Positions 22,970 through 36,409 of a stretch of 64,000 nt of DNA are shown piece after piece. A model generated the notes under the pieces. The model did no database searches. It saw only the letters and a list, made by a program, of their open reading frames with translations, and had not been told where the DNA came from. The position numbers were made by a program, and so were the translations under genes. The DNA is taken from positions 51,541 to 115,540 of the forward strand of contig NMRA01000039.1 of the NCBI GenBank assembly GCA_002633005.1, given 5' to 3'. Source of the DNA: Phoronis australis (taxonomy: Eukaryota > Animalia > Phoronida). Positions within the stretch are counted from its first letter, which is position 1. Every line of letters starts with the position of its first letter.

Positions 22970-25900
22970 CTGTCGCCGACAAAATTAACACTTTCTTCAG
23001 TAAACTGAATTATTTACCGACGTTGGAAAGATTGGTGTTCTGCCGTTATTTTGCTGCTAAAATTGTAGTGCGCTCTTTTACGTCACCTATTGTACATTTT
23101 CCCTATTCTTCAATCAACTCATCTCTTCCGCGAGGTTTCGTACATGTCTCAACAGTTGGAACTGGTTCCATTTGGTTGCAAGTTTTTAGTATTTTAAAAC
23201 CAGCAAACCCAATTTCAAAACAAATTTTGCTGCTCTGAAGCTGCCATCATCTCCCGAGTGATCAGTCGAAAACTTTTTAGACTACGAGCGGCCTGCGCGT
23301 GTCACGAACACACTTTTTCTCAAACGACGACAGACTTCTCTGTTACAGAAGGCGGAGAATTACGCAAAGGCGGCGTTTTTTAGATTTTTTCACTTAAACG
23401 ATCGTAACGGACAAGATGAGTGTCGTTTGATTCGCAGATTCTGCACGCACTCCCGCCGGTGGTTAGCACTATACGCTGATAGTCACGACAAGCTATCCGG
23501 GCTGTGTGGAATATCGGTGTGTAACGGAGCTCAACACACAGCTATCTATAGTCTTAATTTAATAGACCTAATTCATGCCGACAGGAGGCGCGTTCCAAAA
23601 CGAGGCTCGTTACGATAGCTCTGCTGGCCGGCGTACTGACTGTATATATTCCGCGTTGCTCGAACGGCTACAAAAAATACGGACACTGAACGTTGCCATA
23701 CGCCGCGGCGAAGGAAAATATGTTCGTGTAAAATTTATAAATGTTTTCGAAAAATTAGATCATAATATTTTATCGCATTTCGGTTGCCGAGAATCATAGC
23801 AACGACCGGAGAATATTCAGCCAGCCAAACTATTTTCATGACTACGGGTTGAAATATGGTGCATTTTTCTTTCCAAAAAGACTGGGACCTCAATTCCTCG
23901 ATCGATTTTGGGGATGAATATCGGCCCTGTTCTCTTTTCAAAAATATTGAAAAATCCACCGAAATTCCCTCCACGAGGCCTAAAAAATCTCCTAGTGATT
24001 AAAAAGTTCTCTCCGAAGTTCAAATCACCTGTAACCACACATTGGACAATTTGAAAGAGCACAAAATGCTACTCGAGACACAGCCAATGAGAACTTGCAA
24101 CAGGGCGGGGGTGATAGTGATGGTGATCGGGAAATAGATTTTCCCCCGCACTCGGCGAAAAAATTCTCCTCTCAGAAGGAACAGTCACCTTTCCCTAGGA
24201 TGAACGAGGTCCCTGAAGAAACATGATAACTATGCTTGCTCTGTCCTGAAATTAAGCTCTAAAAAGGGGTTGATATGCTCTGGACGAACGCATTAGGTGT
24301 TTTAATATTAAAAATTCAACTTCGTCCATATTGATAGTTGAAATTAACCTAACACATGAAATAGACGTACGAATTATTAAAACCAAAAAACAGAACTGAT
24401 GGTCAAATAATTACTTGTAAATCTGTGCAAGGGAGTGAATGAGAGCCTGGATATAATGCAACAGCGATTGCTGGGATGTGCTCGTTTTTATTTTTTATTA
24501 TTTTTAAAAATGATCAAATAACTTTTTATTTTCAATTGGGAGCCTGGTTTTTTATTTTAATAAAAAAACATTTAATAACATCAGTTATTGTTTCAGATAA
24601 ATGACAAATTAAGTGTTAGTCCCAGTAGTTCTTACCTCACCAGGACCTAGGATCTGCTTGATGTTAATATTCTTGATCAACAAATTAAACCAGATGTGAC
24701 TAATTGCACATTACAGCAAAGTGCGGTGAGCCACCATTGTCGAATATATCTTCAACTCGTCAACAATACAAGCAGATGACCTGGTTCGTGTAGAAAGCAT
24801 TTTTGTCAATTTACAAGAACAAAAGTAACCCTGCATTCAGCATAATACCTAATCCATTACACAACGATCGGCGCAGTTTGGTCATATTTACTTTTCATGT
24901 TTCGAACCTAGTTTAACGACAAAATTATACCCATTCGCCAGGCAACTCTTTGGTGCATTAACTTGTTCTCCAATATATTTTTCTATGATTCTGTGTTTAA
25001 TTATCGACACGTTTTTAAGATTTAAAATCCAGGTTGGATTCGAAAGATCGGCCATTTAACTCACGCAATGTCAACTTCCGCTTTTTTTATCGCAGTGAGC
25101 CTCGCTTTGGATTTTAATGTCCGCCGCGTGAATTAGGTCTATACAGCTAGCTGGCTTTCTACCTTACTACCTGTATGTACATTTATGGTGTGACTTCTGT
25201 ACTTACATTATATACTTTGTGTATGATAGTGTATTTTAAATGCTTCTTTAGTTTCCCCTTGAAGGAATAGGTGATTACCAATTTATTTTACGGCAGGATA
25301 AATTAATGTTCTGGAAAGAATCTTTACTGCCTGGGGCTGAAAGAATACCGCAAACGCACACCCTATCTAAATCTGACAGCAGTTCTGCGTTAATCATTAA
25401 AATATAATGGTCTCTTCAAGAAATACTCCTGTCTCCTGCGATGACAATTCAGTACCTGCAACCCTTGCGAAAGCACAGGTAACAGCTAGTAATGTTTTCT
25501 ATCAATACATGTACGCTGAATAAGTAACTCATAGTGTAATTGGATATACTGTCACTTACGATACAAAGTGACCATCGGTTGCTAGGGTAGACCGAACGGC
25601 ACAGGACCGATAAATCGAAGACGACAAAAAAATTATTTTCATCAGGGGACACCGATGGTCAACTCAACAGTGTTTACCAAATACACTCCGGGTAGCATTC
25701 ATCGCCAATCCGTCTGTACGTAGACTGCAAAGTCAATCTTCAGGAAAAACTTAAACGATAACAAGCCGATCTCCGGTAGACATGTAATCCGTCGGTAAAA
25801 AAGTATTTTGGCTCACACGCTCGACAACGTAATTCACCCTTAGAACGCAAGTTGGCCTAAAATGTGCAATTTAGAAAGCTACCTGTAGTAACTGCAGTTT

Positions 25901-26429
25901 CTAAATGAATCAGAATACAGTACTTGATGCTAGCGAACACAAAGTCATTTAATGAAAAGAGTCAGCAATAAATGCGCAAATGTCTACACTTTCCAAACAA
26001 TAATGCCGATAATTTTTTTCACTGAATGACTCTGCCTAAGTTGATGTCGTAATTTAAAAAAAATACCAAAACTAAACCTACTGACGTAGTTTTTACTAGA
26101 ATAACATGAAGATATTAACGAGAGCAACCTTCGAGATCTTATTTTGGCGGAAGCAAAAATAGACGACGGAATCATGTGTCTTTCATACTGACATATTTAG
26201 TTTGGAATTACAGTTTTTGTGAAGGAAACGTGGACAGAAGAGAGAATAACCATTTTGTTTTCAGGTCTGTTGAAGTAGTGTGGGAGGTGAATACGGAAAA
26301 AATATCCAGGCCGGTAGCCAGCATTGCTCAGGGGCGTGGTTAGAATTTCTTGAACGGTGGACCTTTAATAGTTTGCAAACCTCGACACTTTGGAGTTTTC
26401 ATTAAGGCCCTCAGTTGACGCAGCTTAAT

Positions 26430-27445
26430 CAGGGGGAAGGGAATCTGTATACACGACGATGATTCTCAGCTCTATGTTTTTGAGATGAAACGGAATTAGT
26501 AATACCAGAGGTGAGGATGCCGTGACAGTTGCTCGCAAAGTACGAGACTCAATTCGGATGTAATATGGTCCGAAACGTTCTCGCGTTACTTCAGGCCAAA
26601 TGTTCAAATCAGGCATACTTAATTGCCTTATTACACCTACTCGGACAGAAATATTCAGTCGGAGAACAACTTGACTAATTTTTTTATTTAGTTATATTTT
26701 ACGTGCTATTTAAATTCCTTACGTCGTTAGAAATGGAAATAGCCCACTACTCAGCATTCGGTTAGACGTTCCAAAGGTTCATTCCGTCGAAGGTTCACCA
26801 CTACGAAAATATCTAACCTTCTCAACTCATTTGTAATTTTTCTTTTTTACATATAAAAATGAATGATACTTCGCTTATAAGACACACTGAATTGTGTACC
26901 TATAAAGAAAACAACGCCTTGGTGCTAAAACTCTTTGTTTGGATTTCATACGCATGTGAAATTTCCAGCATGCCTTACGAACACGAAAAATGAGAACGTT
27001 AGTGCATTTTAAAAAACATGAAGTGGAAATATTGAAGAATTATCAACCACGATACATTAGCCCAATTCATGTCAACGTCGCATCATTCCACAGCGCGACT
27101 GAAAAGTTTCGGGCCGCTGCGCCTAAACCTCACCCACCGGAACCACGCGCACGGCCGAATCCAAATTAAATGTAGTTAGCACGCTACCCTGTCCCTGCCA
27201 GTCTTCACGAACTCAGACACCCATTTAGTCTTTTTAAATTTAAAAACGTTGGTAGCCGCAGCCCCGACCCGTGCCCCAGATGTTGTCCATGCTTGATAAT
27301 GAGTCGTTAGCTAGATTCAAGAATCACGATTGGCAGTGATTGGAACTGAGCTCATTTGCAAACAATGTAAACAATGTATTAAGAACTATCTAATTTTTGC
27401 ACACCCTTTAAAAGGTTACTAAATGGACACAAATACACACACAAA
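26430..27445. repeat. Part 1 of an inverted duplication (partner ~43120-44090)
   Basis: gagtcgttagctagattcaagaatcacgattgg matches 43228-43262 in reverse complement, and tttgcacacccttta matches taaagggtgtgcaaa at ~43160. Confidence 0.75.
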
Positions 27446-30400
27446 ACGTGCCGAGAGTGGCGTACATGAAGTAATATCCCACGAGACATTATTCCGCGTA
27501 TCGACCTCGACCTTTGGTCTCGGTCAATACGCGGAATAAGGTCGAGTGGGATATTATAGTCGGTGGGCCAGATCTCATAGCGTTCATCCTTGTGAGTACT
27601 TTGGGGGGCAACCTAGTTTTTTCTATGTGGCTAGATGATATACCTATAAATCAAAGTCCAAAAAGTTCCCACGTCTACACTTGCACATTTTTTTAAAAAA
27701 GGTGTTTTTGTTGCACAAAATATGATGCACATACCTGCCACTTGATGGCGCTTTTCTATTGAATTGTTGTGCTTAGTTACTTCAATATGGCTGCTCCCAT
27801 GGAGTGTGATGCCTGTATAATTCAAGGTTTATCAAACAGCACAAAATCGTGATGTCACAGCCTAACAAAGCTTAGAAAAGCTTCCTGACGAAATATGATT
27901 GACTGCGGAACTCTGTAGATCTGTAGTTCAAAAAGAAGAAGAGGTGTCACAAACGTTTGTGCAGAAAACAGCTGCATGTCCTGGTAGCCTACACAGTATA
28001 CTGCTGAGTGCTGTACATGTATACTAGAAGACCAAGTGTCAGACCAAAAAATTGAAAGGACATAGAACGGCATAGCAACGTTTCAAGGCACCAACAGTAG
28101 TACTAAAGCTGAAGTTGCTGAAAGTGATACAGGTTTTATCCAAGATTTCCCAAGAAAATCGATTATACTTCCAAAATCTGAAACACCCAATTAAATTGAA
28201 CAAGATAAGAACATTCTGAAGCATGAGTGCATCATTTGTTAGCAGGAAAAGTACATTATAGGCCAAAATTTCAAGAAAGAGAAAGAAGTATAGCTTTCAA
28301 AAACAGGTACGTGTTTTTGAAAAATACGTCTTGGTGTTTTCCATGTGTGTTTCAGTATTATCACCAGTTGTTTTTTAACTTTTTCAGCCCATGGCTGCCT
28401 AGGCCTTAGACAATACTGCTGACCCAGTAGAGACGATGATCATACCATAGGCAGTCCATATGCCGGATACTTTTCGGCAAATTATGTTCCTATAAGTTTA
28501 GAAGTACCGCGTAGAGAGATGCCTCTGAGGAGGTCGTTAATGTTTTCATTTGTTCCCAGTTTAAACAAATACTCCTGCAATCCTGTTTTTCGAACACTCC
28601 ATTCAGTTGCCACATCGACAATGCTTGCGCTGAGGGATAATCCTATGGCGTTATACTGTGGGTGTGATTTTAAAGCACTTTAAGTAAAAAATTTTTGAGA
28701 AGGTTAAATGGAGTAGATAGTTGCAAACAACATGCCCAAGTGCCAGTCATCCCCTGCCGTAGTCTCAATTTTTTTGTAAATATTAATTACTTAGGTAGCT
28801 GCAATGATAATTAAATTAAAGTGCCTAAGTGGCCATCATCGCCGTCGAAATTTGAGGACGATGGAAGCCACTGTCCATTTCGTCAAACGTCGATTACCTT
28901 AAGTGTAAATCGATTGACTAGGGTTTGAGCTTCTGATTTAAAAAAGTAAATTTCAATCACTGCACTGGTATATCAACTGATTTATTTTCAGTTGCATCAA
29001 CTGATCTATTTATTAGACAATCAACATTATTAGGCTACAGATCAGATGGCATGTAAATTTGTTAGGCTGGTGGTGGATCAGTTCCTGATAAGTCCGTCTG
29101 AAAAAGTTGCATGCCAACTAACTCATAGTTGAATGTTAAATTAGTGTTAAAAGTTCCGTGTTTTTTCAGTTGGACTTGTATCGCAAGCAACAGCTCAGTC
29201 CAGAGCCCTGAGTATGTAAATGAAATTCAAAGATAAAGACCTTGTGTCTTAGAAGCCAAGTACATGTACATGTACTACAGATCATCATGCTATAAAAAAT
29301 AGAAAGACAACGATTGTGAAGAGTGACGAATTCACACTTTTCAGAGATGTTTTTCTGCAGTTTTGTTTGGAGTTCATTGAATCGAAGCGTCTAACACAAG
29401 GAGGTGTCATTTGCCTTTCAAAACTAAAGCAAGACTTTGAAGCTGTTCTTCAGACAGCTGGTGTGCATGAAGTTATTTGGACAGGCAATCTTAAGACATA
29501 TTGTTGAAGCTACTCACTGTTGTAGTTGGTGCCCGACTAAGAGATACGAAAGTGAATTGAGTCTAGTGTTCAATAATTCACTTGCTGACTCTAATTAACA
29601 CAGCCCATTATAACATATTTTGAATCAAACGTTTGCCCAAATGGTGCCCGCCTCCAAACAAGGACTTAGTGTTTGACCCTTCATTGCCTGCGGGCTAATC
29701 ACCAGTGTGCAGTGCGGTTCCCTCTATAATCGACCATAGTTGGCTCCTTGGCGGTGGAGCTTTGCAGTTAATATGTATGGCAGTGACCGCATCTCCATTT
29801 ACAGTACTAAACGATGAACGTTGCAAGTGCAAAAAGAACATGTGTGCTGGGAAACTGAGTTTGTGCTGCAATGATGGGTCAAACTGTACAGAAATGTGCA
29901 GCTGTGACAACTGTAGTAACATCAGCAACAATGACTGCATATCATTGGAGAGTTCTTTGACAAGTCAACCCTAAATAGACCTCCAACAACGTTATTTGCT
30001 TTTCTGTATTAAAAAGTTAATTTTATATGTTGATTAAGTCATAGAAAGTACATACTTTGATCACTGTCACGTATTTGTCTCATACTGCTTGATAAACGCT
30101 GTCAGAATAATCTATTATTTTCATACAGTCGTTGTGCACATTCACAGAGATCATTCAACTATATTGTTTTTGTACTATAACGTATTTCTGGTGTATTATG
30201 CAAACAAGCTGTATTTTACATCATTAGTCAATGTTTTAGTCGTTGAAGCACAAATTTTGCCCAGTCTCAAGTTTTTTGTGTTATTTTTGTTGCCTGACAA
30301 CGCCAGAATAACATCCTAGTAACATTCAGACTTAGTTTGCATTTTTGCCACTAGGTGTCTCTTTACGTTTTTTAAATTTCACTGTTTACAGTTAATTTAC

Positions 30401-30750
30401 AATAGTAAAACATGTAATGTGAGTGTAATATTGTTCGATACAATGGCACTGATGGGACCATATAACTTGTTTTACAAAAAAGTCACCAAAACTGTTGTTT
30501 TTTACAACTATAAGTTTACTAAGCTCTTTGGTGATTATTAGGTAACTTCAAACTCAAATTTCTCAAAAATGTGCAACTTTATATGTGGGAACTTTTCAGA
30601 TTTTGAAAACACTCTAATAAATGAATTAAAAAACACCAAAATAAAATTGCCCTCCTAAAGTACTCACAAAAACCATTTTCTAGAGGCCCTACAAAATCTG
30701 GCCCACCGACTATTACTTTTTGTACACCAATCGAGGTACGTTTTGTATTT
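27430..30750. mobile_element. Palindromic hairpin MITE (27430-27556 plus 30716-30750) split by the Academ-like insertion
   Basis: Arms taatatcccac / gtgggatatta and ttattccgcgtat / atacgcggaataa. The outer arm caaaacgtgccgagagtggcgtacatgaag pairs with ctttttgtacaccaatcgaggtacgttttg after 30715. Confidence 0.7.
27557..30712 (+). mobile_element. Academ-like non-autonomous DNA transposon with transposase remnants
   Basis: tta|TAGtcggtgggccagat ... atctggcccaccgaCTA|tta, i.e. TAG/CTA termini, a 3-bp TSD and ~140-bp imperfect TIRs. CXC-like remnant RCKCKKNMCAGKLSLCCNDGSNCTEMCSCDNCSN at ~29818-29920. Confidence 0.8.
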
Positions 30751-31349
30751 ATCCCAGGCGCTTCGATTTCCTAAGTTTCTCACATTTTTCGGCAGATTTT
30801 TCAAATACTTCACCCAGACTGTTCACATGGCGGATCACATCCCATATGTATGTACTTGCGCGTTAGGTTGCAAGTTTTCTCTTGTAAAAGAAACAGTTTT
30901 TAAAGTAACGATTTATTTCTTGAAAAGGGGTAACAAAGATGAAAACAACGGCAACTGTGCAGTGAACTTGTAAAATCTCCTGGAACTAGTTCAAAAACAA
31001 CATTTGATATTTTAGTTTCCTAGGAATCGGCGCCTGAGATGCAGACGATATAGTATTCAGCAATTGAAAACCGAGACATAAGTGTCTTATAATTAACAGT
31101 TTGGTTCCAGATTTTACGCTTAGGGCCTGGTTGCATGTCGAGTGTTAGTTACACTGCTGCAACTGTATTACTTTAAATTATATTTGGAAAGTTTGAGTAT
31201 CGAGTCGGCTGAAGACGCAAAGTCGACATTGACCTACCTTTTGAACTTTCCATGTCAGAGGTCACTGTTGAAGTAGTGCGGGAGGTGAATACGGAAAACT
31301 TTATTACATGGCCGTATTTCCCTCGACAGATTCAACGCGTGTGGGATAA

Positions 31350-32430
31350 AATATTATATTCATGTCTGTTAGGACTCCTTTGCAGACAATCAGAGTAATG
31401 AACTGCGTGGCTCGGTGGCTTGAGGTCGGGCTCCTGTTTGGGAAACCGGGGTTCGAATCCTGGCTTCACTGGCTAACAATCGAGGATTGTCCAAAGGTGC
31501 CTCCTACGCCTCTGAGTTCGGTCTTACTACTGAATGTGTGCAAAGTTATGTATTAAAATCTGGGTATAACGCGAGAGCGACTCCTAGGGCTGTGCTTGTG
31601 TTTAAGAGTTCTAGTCTTGGAATTGTGGAAATTCGAAGTTTTGTAGTGAACTTTCGAAGATGGCGAGCCCTCGGAGTAGCGAACATTTGGAATAGTGGCA
31701 CCTAACCTTGGAAATGTTTTCTATCAAGTTAGTTGCACGTACGAAGTCTGTGAGGCTGTGTACTATTGACACTTGACTGACAAGGAAAGTCTATCTTCAT
31801 TGACCAAATTTTTATTAGGTCTAGACCTACTTTTCCCAAGAAATGTGAACATTCTCGTTGGTGTTTTCTCAGTGCAAGAAAACACGATTATAGTTTAATT
31901 CTGGTTTTTGAGCAACGACGGAGTGCTGCCTCTAGTTAACTTGCCGTCGGCTTCTACTGTAGTTAAAAGGACGGATACGCACACACGTATAAACGCATGC
32001 ATGTCAATCCACAGTCGAAGTGGATACTGGATGAAAAGCATACCTGTATTTGACGAACGTTTCAATTCCTAACTTGAAATTACCTGCCCTTCACAACAAA
32101 CCTGTTTTCTGTTGTTCTGTTACTTGCTCGATTTAAGACATTCACACCGCGCTACTTTTGGGGCTATCTCGCTGCTATATAGCTTAGTTAAGTATAAACA
32201 TTTACTTCTAGATTCTCTTGTTACCCTACGGTGTAACCACCACGTATGTTCAATGCCCATGAGTATGTAAGGCCTCCTCTAATCGTCTGCATGATCCTGT
32301 CATATACGCAAATACCACTCGCGCGAAGTTGACAGATGATTACGTGAAGCGCTTTGAATCAGAAACAAATTCAAAATTATTACTAACTCAGTAATTATTG
32401 TAGTTAGTAGCACCAGGAGATGCAACGATT
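31350..32430. repeat. Part 2 of the inverted duplication (partner ~42190-43125)
   Basis: aattcaaaattattactaactca, tttttgagcaacgacgga and gagtgc/agtgcaagaaa all have reverse-complement matches in 42190-42800. Confidence 0.75.
31404..31600 (+). mobile_element. tRNA-derived SINE
   Basis: A box gtggctcggtgg and B box ggttcgaatcc; absent from the paralogous arm near 43080. The 3' end is approximate. Confidence 0.6.
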
Positions 32431-32608
32431 TTGCTGTTGTTCATCTGTATCCTGTCTTAAGCGGACAGGCTGGCGCTGAACCTTTTTCACGGAGAGGGGT
32501 TCGATCAAACCCCGGCCTCGAAACCCCTCTGGCTACGGGCCTGATATCACATGGCCGAATTGCACTCGACAGATTCAACGTCTATAGGGATAAATAATTT
32601 TAACTCAC

Positions 32609-32722
32609 CTTGACAAAATTTGCAGGCCTTGGCACAATTTTTATTCATAAAAGACCCGTAGAATCCTTTGCAGTAGCCTACTTGTGCCCAATGTTCACAG
32701 GATTGATATAAGTCCTTGCAAC
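32609..32722 (-). CDS. Astacin metalloprotease exon: ShKT domain
   Basis: cacag|...|gtgag, phase 1-1. Encodes CKDLYQSCEHWAQVGYCKGFYGSFMNKNCAKACKFC, the six-Cys ShKT pattern. Confidence 0.9.
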
Positions 32723-34238
32723 CTGTGCAATTTAAAAGAGTTTGGTGAAAATTGTTCCTAGCTCCATAATATTGTGCCTGTATTACAAACAATATTCAGT
32801 ATGTATGTTATGTTCAACAACCATATGGCAATTTAAACACTTTAAGAAGTCGTGTGATTTTTAATGGGAATGTAATGTACGTGTAGTCTAAGTGATATAG
32901 GAAGCAGGTGGCACTGTATGGTTGACTACCAACGACTTGGCAGGGGTGACAGACCACCAGAACACCAGTATGTGAAACGGTCGCAGTGTCCACCTACAGT
33001 TATGGGTCAGTCAGAGTCATGAGGCTGGTGAGAGATGCAACTTTTCCGTATTTATAAAAGATGGAAACAAAACCAATCGTATAGGAATCCTCGACAAGTT
33101 GAACGAAACTGTGCTCTGTAAATATGCATGGGATACGTCGAATTTGTTTACATTTTACTTTTTTACTTTATTTTGATTGTGAGTGCCTTTTTATTCATGA
33201 AATTTCCAGCAACTGAAAGAATGACCGAATATGTATTACCAATTCTGAACGTCTTTAAGTTACTCACATTCTTTCACAGGACTTCCTGGACAATAGCACT
33301 TGCAATCTTTGCCCACAAATCCCTCTCCAGAGCATTTTTTATTGGAGCATGAACCTTTAAGTAGATGTATAAATTATATACTCGAGCGGACAAGCTAGAA
33401 GTATACATCATTGACCTACACAGTGCAGGCTTGACCATTCATTATAAAGAGCAAACTGCCAATGTGACGGGTGGGAATGGTAGACGAGAGATAGGAGTGA
33501 CGGGGTTATCGCAAGTGATATACCTGTAATACCTGTCACGGACAGAAACATTGGGGACATGCTGGTGAATTAAACCCCATCCCAGGCCATCCTCGTGACA
33601 CCAGAAGGCGCAGACGAGGGCTGACGTTTGCATGTCAGCATCTGATTTGACACCACTAGGGCACGGCTCTTGTTGTGACTTCCTTCCGGTTATCGCGACA
33701 ATGACGGCCCATTAACCAATTTTTATGTGCCCACATATTTATACATGTTTGTGGGCGCATTATGCCGTCATTCCCGTCCGTCCGCTCTTCCGGTGACCGG
33801 CTTCCGGCGCCCGTCGCTCTATTTCCAAAACCCTTGGGGTATGTTAAGAAAATTTGAAAACGTATTCCTTTTGAATGAGACGGCATGAGGGAACTTTCGG
33901 AAGGATCCGACTACCCGTGTGCCCCCTAGTGACAATTATGTTTTTTGCGTTTCCTCTGTATCTTCAAATGTCCTCGACGGATTTTGATAAAATTTGAGAT
34001 ATAGTCATCCATTAGTGAGATGGCTATGGCCTTTGTTTTCAGATGGATTCTTTGGCGTCTGCCCCTCTATCAACCAAACTACTCCAAGGATGATTGTGAA
34101 ATTTTGCATGTATATTCTGCGCGTTGCTCTTGTTATGTTTCGTTTTCATATCGGGTCACTGAAGGTGCGTCAATGACTAACCTTTTAGCCAGTTTGCCAT
34201 CATAGTATACTTAAGTGCCTACGCAAGAGAAATCTAAT

Positions 34239-35055
34239 CATAGACTATAGTACATGGACAGCCAACTCCGTATACTTTCAATGGACGAAATCTTTGAGCT
34301 TGCGCACAAGCCTTTACGTCATTATTCACTGGCGACACCTGGCTAAATTATCTGGTGTAATTTCCGGCAAGTACGTTGTCTGCTAATCATGGTCGGTTGC
34401 TGTGTGGCCGGTTGTTCGGCTACGCAGGCAAAATGCAGAGGCGTTAGCTTCCACAGTGTACGGAGACCCCAAAATCCGCTGTGGGAGAAAACGTTAAGTT
34501 CTCGCGTCGACGTGAATGGGAGTTGTTCTTCCAAAAAAACTTGTACATTTGTTCACGTCACTTCGAAGATGGGTGTTTTTTAAGAGGCTCTGGTAGGCCT
34601 ACTACTTAATCCTGTCTTCACAAATCCATCTTTTCTCCGTTTTGATGAAAACTATCTGGTAAACTTTTTGACGAAAAATGTCCGCTAAATTTCTTCCAAT
34701 GGTAGTGACTGGTGAACTCTTGTCCTTACGAAGACCTTCAGCCATAATCTAGTGAGCGAATTAACCAAATTACTCTTCGGTGGCCCTGATCAGACGGTTG
34801 GTCTCAGCATAATGCGCACATTTGGCCAGGATTTGGATCAGCGATTTCAACAAATTTACATTCGCGTACAAATAAATATGACGCTAGTAAAACCTTTAAC
34901 ATATATAAAGATTACATTAATACTTCAGAAATAAATACCTGGACCTGTCAAAATCTCTCCCGCAATTCAACAGCAGGTTACATACTCAATTATTTATGTG
35001 GACTGTATGCCGCACAAAACTTGAACCATCTTAGCCAAGTACGCTGCAGTCTATG
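34239..35055 (+). mobile_element. Non-autonomous TIR element with THAP-domain relic (P-element-like CAT termini)
   Basis: Left end catagactatagtacatgg; right end reverse-complements to catagactgcagcgtacttgg. From 34389 it reads MVGCCVAGCSATQAKCRGVSFH...W, and a shifted frame gives LYICSRHFEDGCF. No TSD recognised. Confidence 0.7.
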
Positions 35056-35353
35056 AAAATACCAGAATAACGAAAAACCTCGGAAGCAAGGGAAATGAAC
35101 TCTAAGAGGTAGCAAGCAAGATAAAGGGGGTGGTAGGGACATGAAGCTGACGTGTGCTAATTTTCAATTCCATACTTTTATATGGCATTTTCATAATTTT
35201 GATTTGAGATGTCAACTCAGATCAAACGGTTTGAAAGTTCGGATTTTTAATTTGTAATGAACTTGAGTTGCACTGCACGTGACCTTTTATGAATTTATCG
35301 TAATTGGCTACAGACAGGCCCACCTTTATAAAAACTAGCAACGTAGACAAACG

Positions 35354-35510
35354 CATGCGCGCACCCAGGGGAAAAGTCCAAGAGAAAGAGACGAAAGTCC
35401 ACAATACGGCAGTACCCCGTTCTTTATTTTAGTTCTCACGCTTTTTGTTAATAAAAGGTCCACTTTGCCAGAGATTCGAGCCCCCGTATTAGAGGCTGGG
35501 TGCGCGCATG
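35354..35510 (+). mobile_element. MITE (CATGCGCGCACCCAG TIRs) with 5-bp TSD AAACG
   Basis: aaacg|catgcgcgcacccag ... ctgggtgcgcgcatg|aaacg. Confidence 0.8.
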
Positions 35511-35713
35511 AAACGTCTACACAAATTGCACCCAATGCAGCTCCTGGTTTAAACGCGGGCTTTTTTTTCAAAGTTTGGTCAGGTATAAATAACGCCACAA
35601 ACATGGAGGTTCACTGAAACACGTCTACCTTACAGATGTGACAATCCCTAGCCACGGAAAACTTGAGAGGCCGACAAAAATACTAATGATGAAATACCGG
35701 TGATGATAATCAT

Positions 35714-36409
35714 NNNNNNNNNNNNNNNNNNNNNNNNNNNNNNNNNNNNNNNNNNNNNNNNNNNNNNNNNNNNNNNNNNNNNNNNNNNNNNNNNNNNNNN
35801 NNNNNNNNNNNNNNNNNNNNNNNNNNNNNNNNNNNNNNNNNNNNNNNNNNNNNNNNNNNNNNNNNNNNNNNNNNNNNNNNNNNNNNNNNNNNNNNNNNNN
35901 NNNNNNNNNNNNNNNNNNNNNNNNNNNNNNNNNNNNNNNNNNNNNNNNNNNNNNNNNNNNNNNNNNNNNNNNNNNNNNNNNNNNNNNNNNNNNNNNNNNN
36001 NNNNNNNNNNNNNNNNNNNNNNNNNNNNNNNNNNNNNNNNNNNNNNNNNNNNNNNNNNNNNNNNNNNNNNNNNNNNNNNNNNNNNNNNNNNNNNNNNNNN
36101 NNNNNNNNNNNNNNNNNNNNNNNNNNNNNNNNNNNNNNNNNNNNNNNNNNNNNNNNNNNNNNNNNNNNNNNNNNNNNNNNNNNNNNNNNNNNNNNNNNNN
36201 NNNNNNNNNNNNNNNNNNNNNNNNNNNNNNNNNNNNNNNNNNNNNNNNNNNNNNNNNNNNNNNNNNNNNNNNNNNNNNNNNNNNNNNNNNNNNNNNNNNN
36301 NNNNNNNNNNNNNNNNNNNNNNNNNNNNNNNNNNNNNNNNNNNNNNNNNNNNNNNNNNNNNNNNNNNNNNNNNNNNNNNNNNNNNNNNNNNNNNNNNNNN
36401 NNNNNNNNN
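35714..36409. other. Assembly gap (696 N)
   Basis: Run of N; the ORFs called across it are artefacts. Confidence 1.

Noticed and set aside
29705-29974. Metallothionein or host Cys-rich gene
   Set aside because: It lies within Academ-like TIRs and fits the transposase C-terminal CXC remnant.
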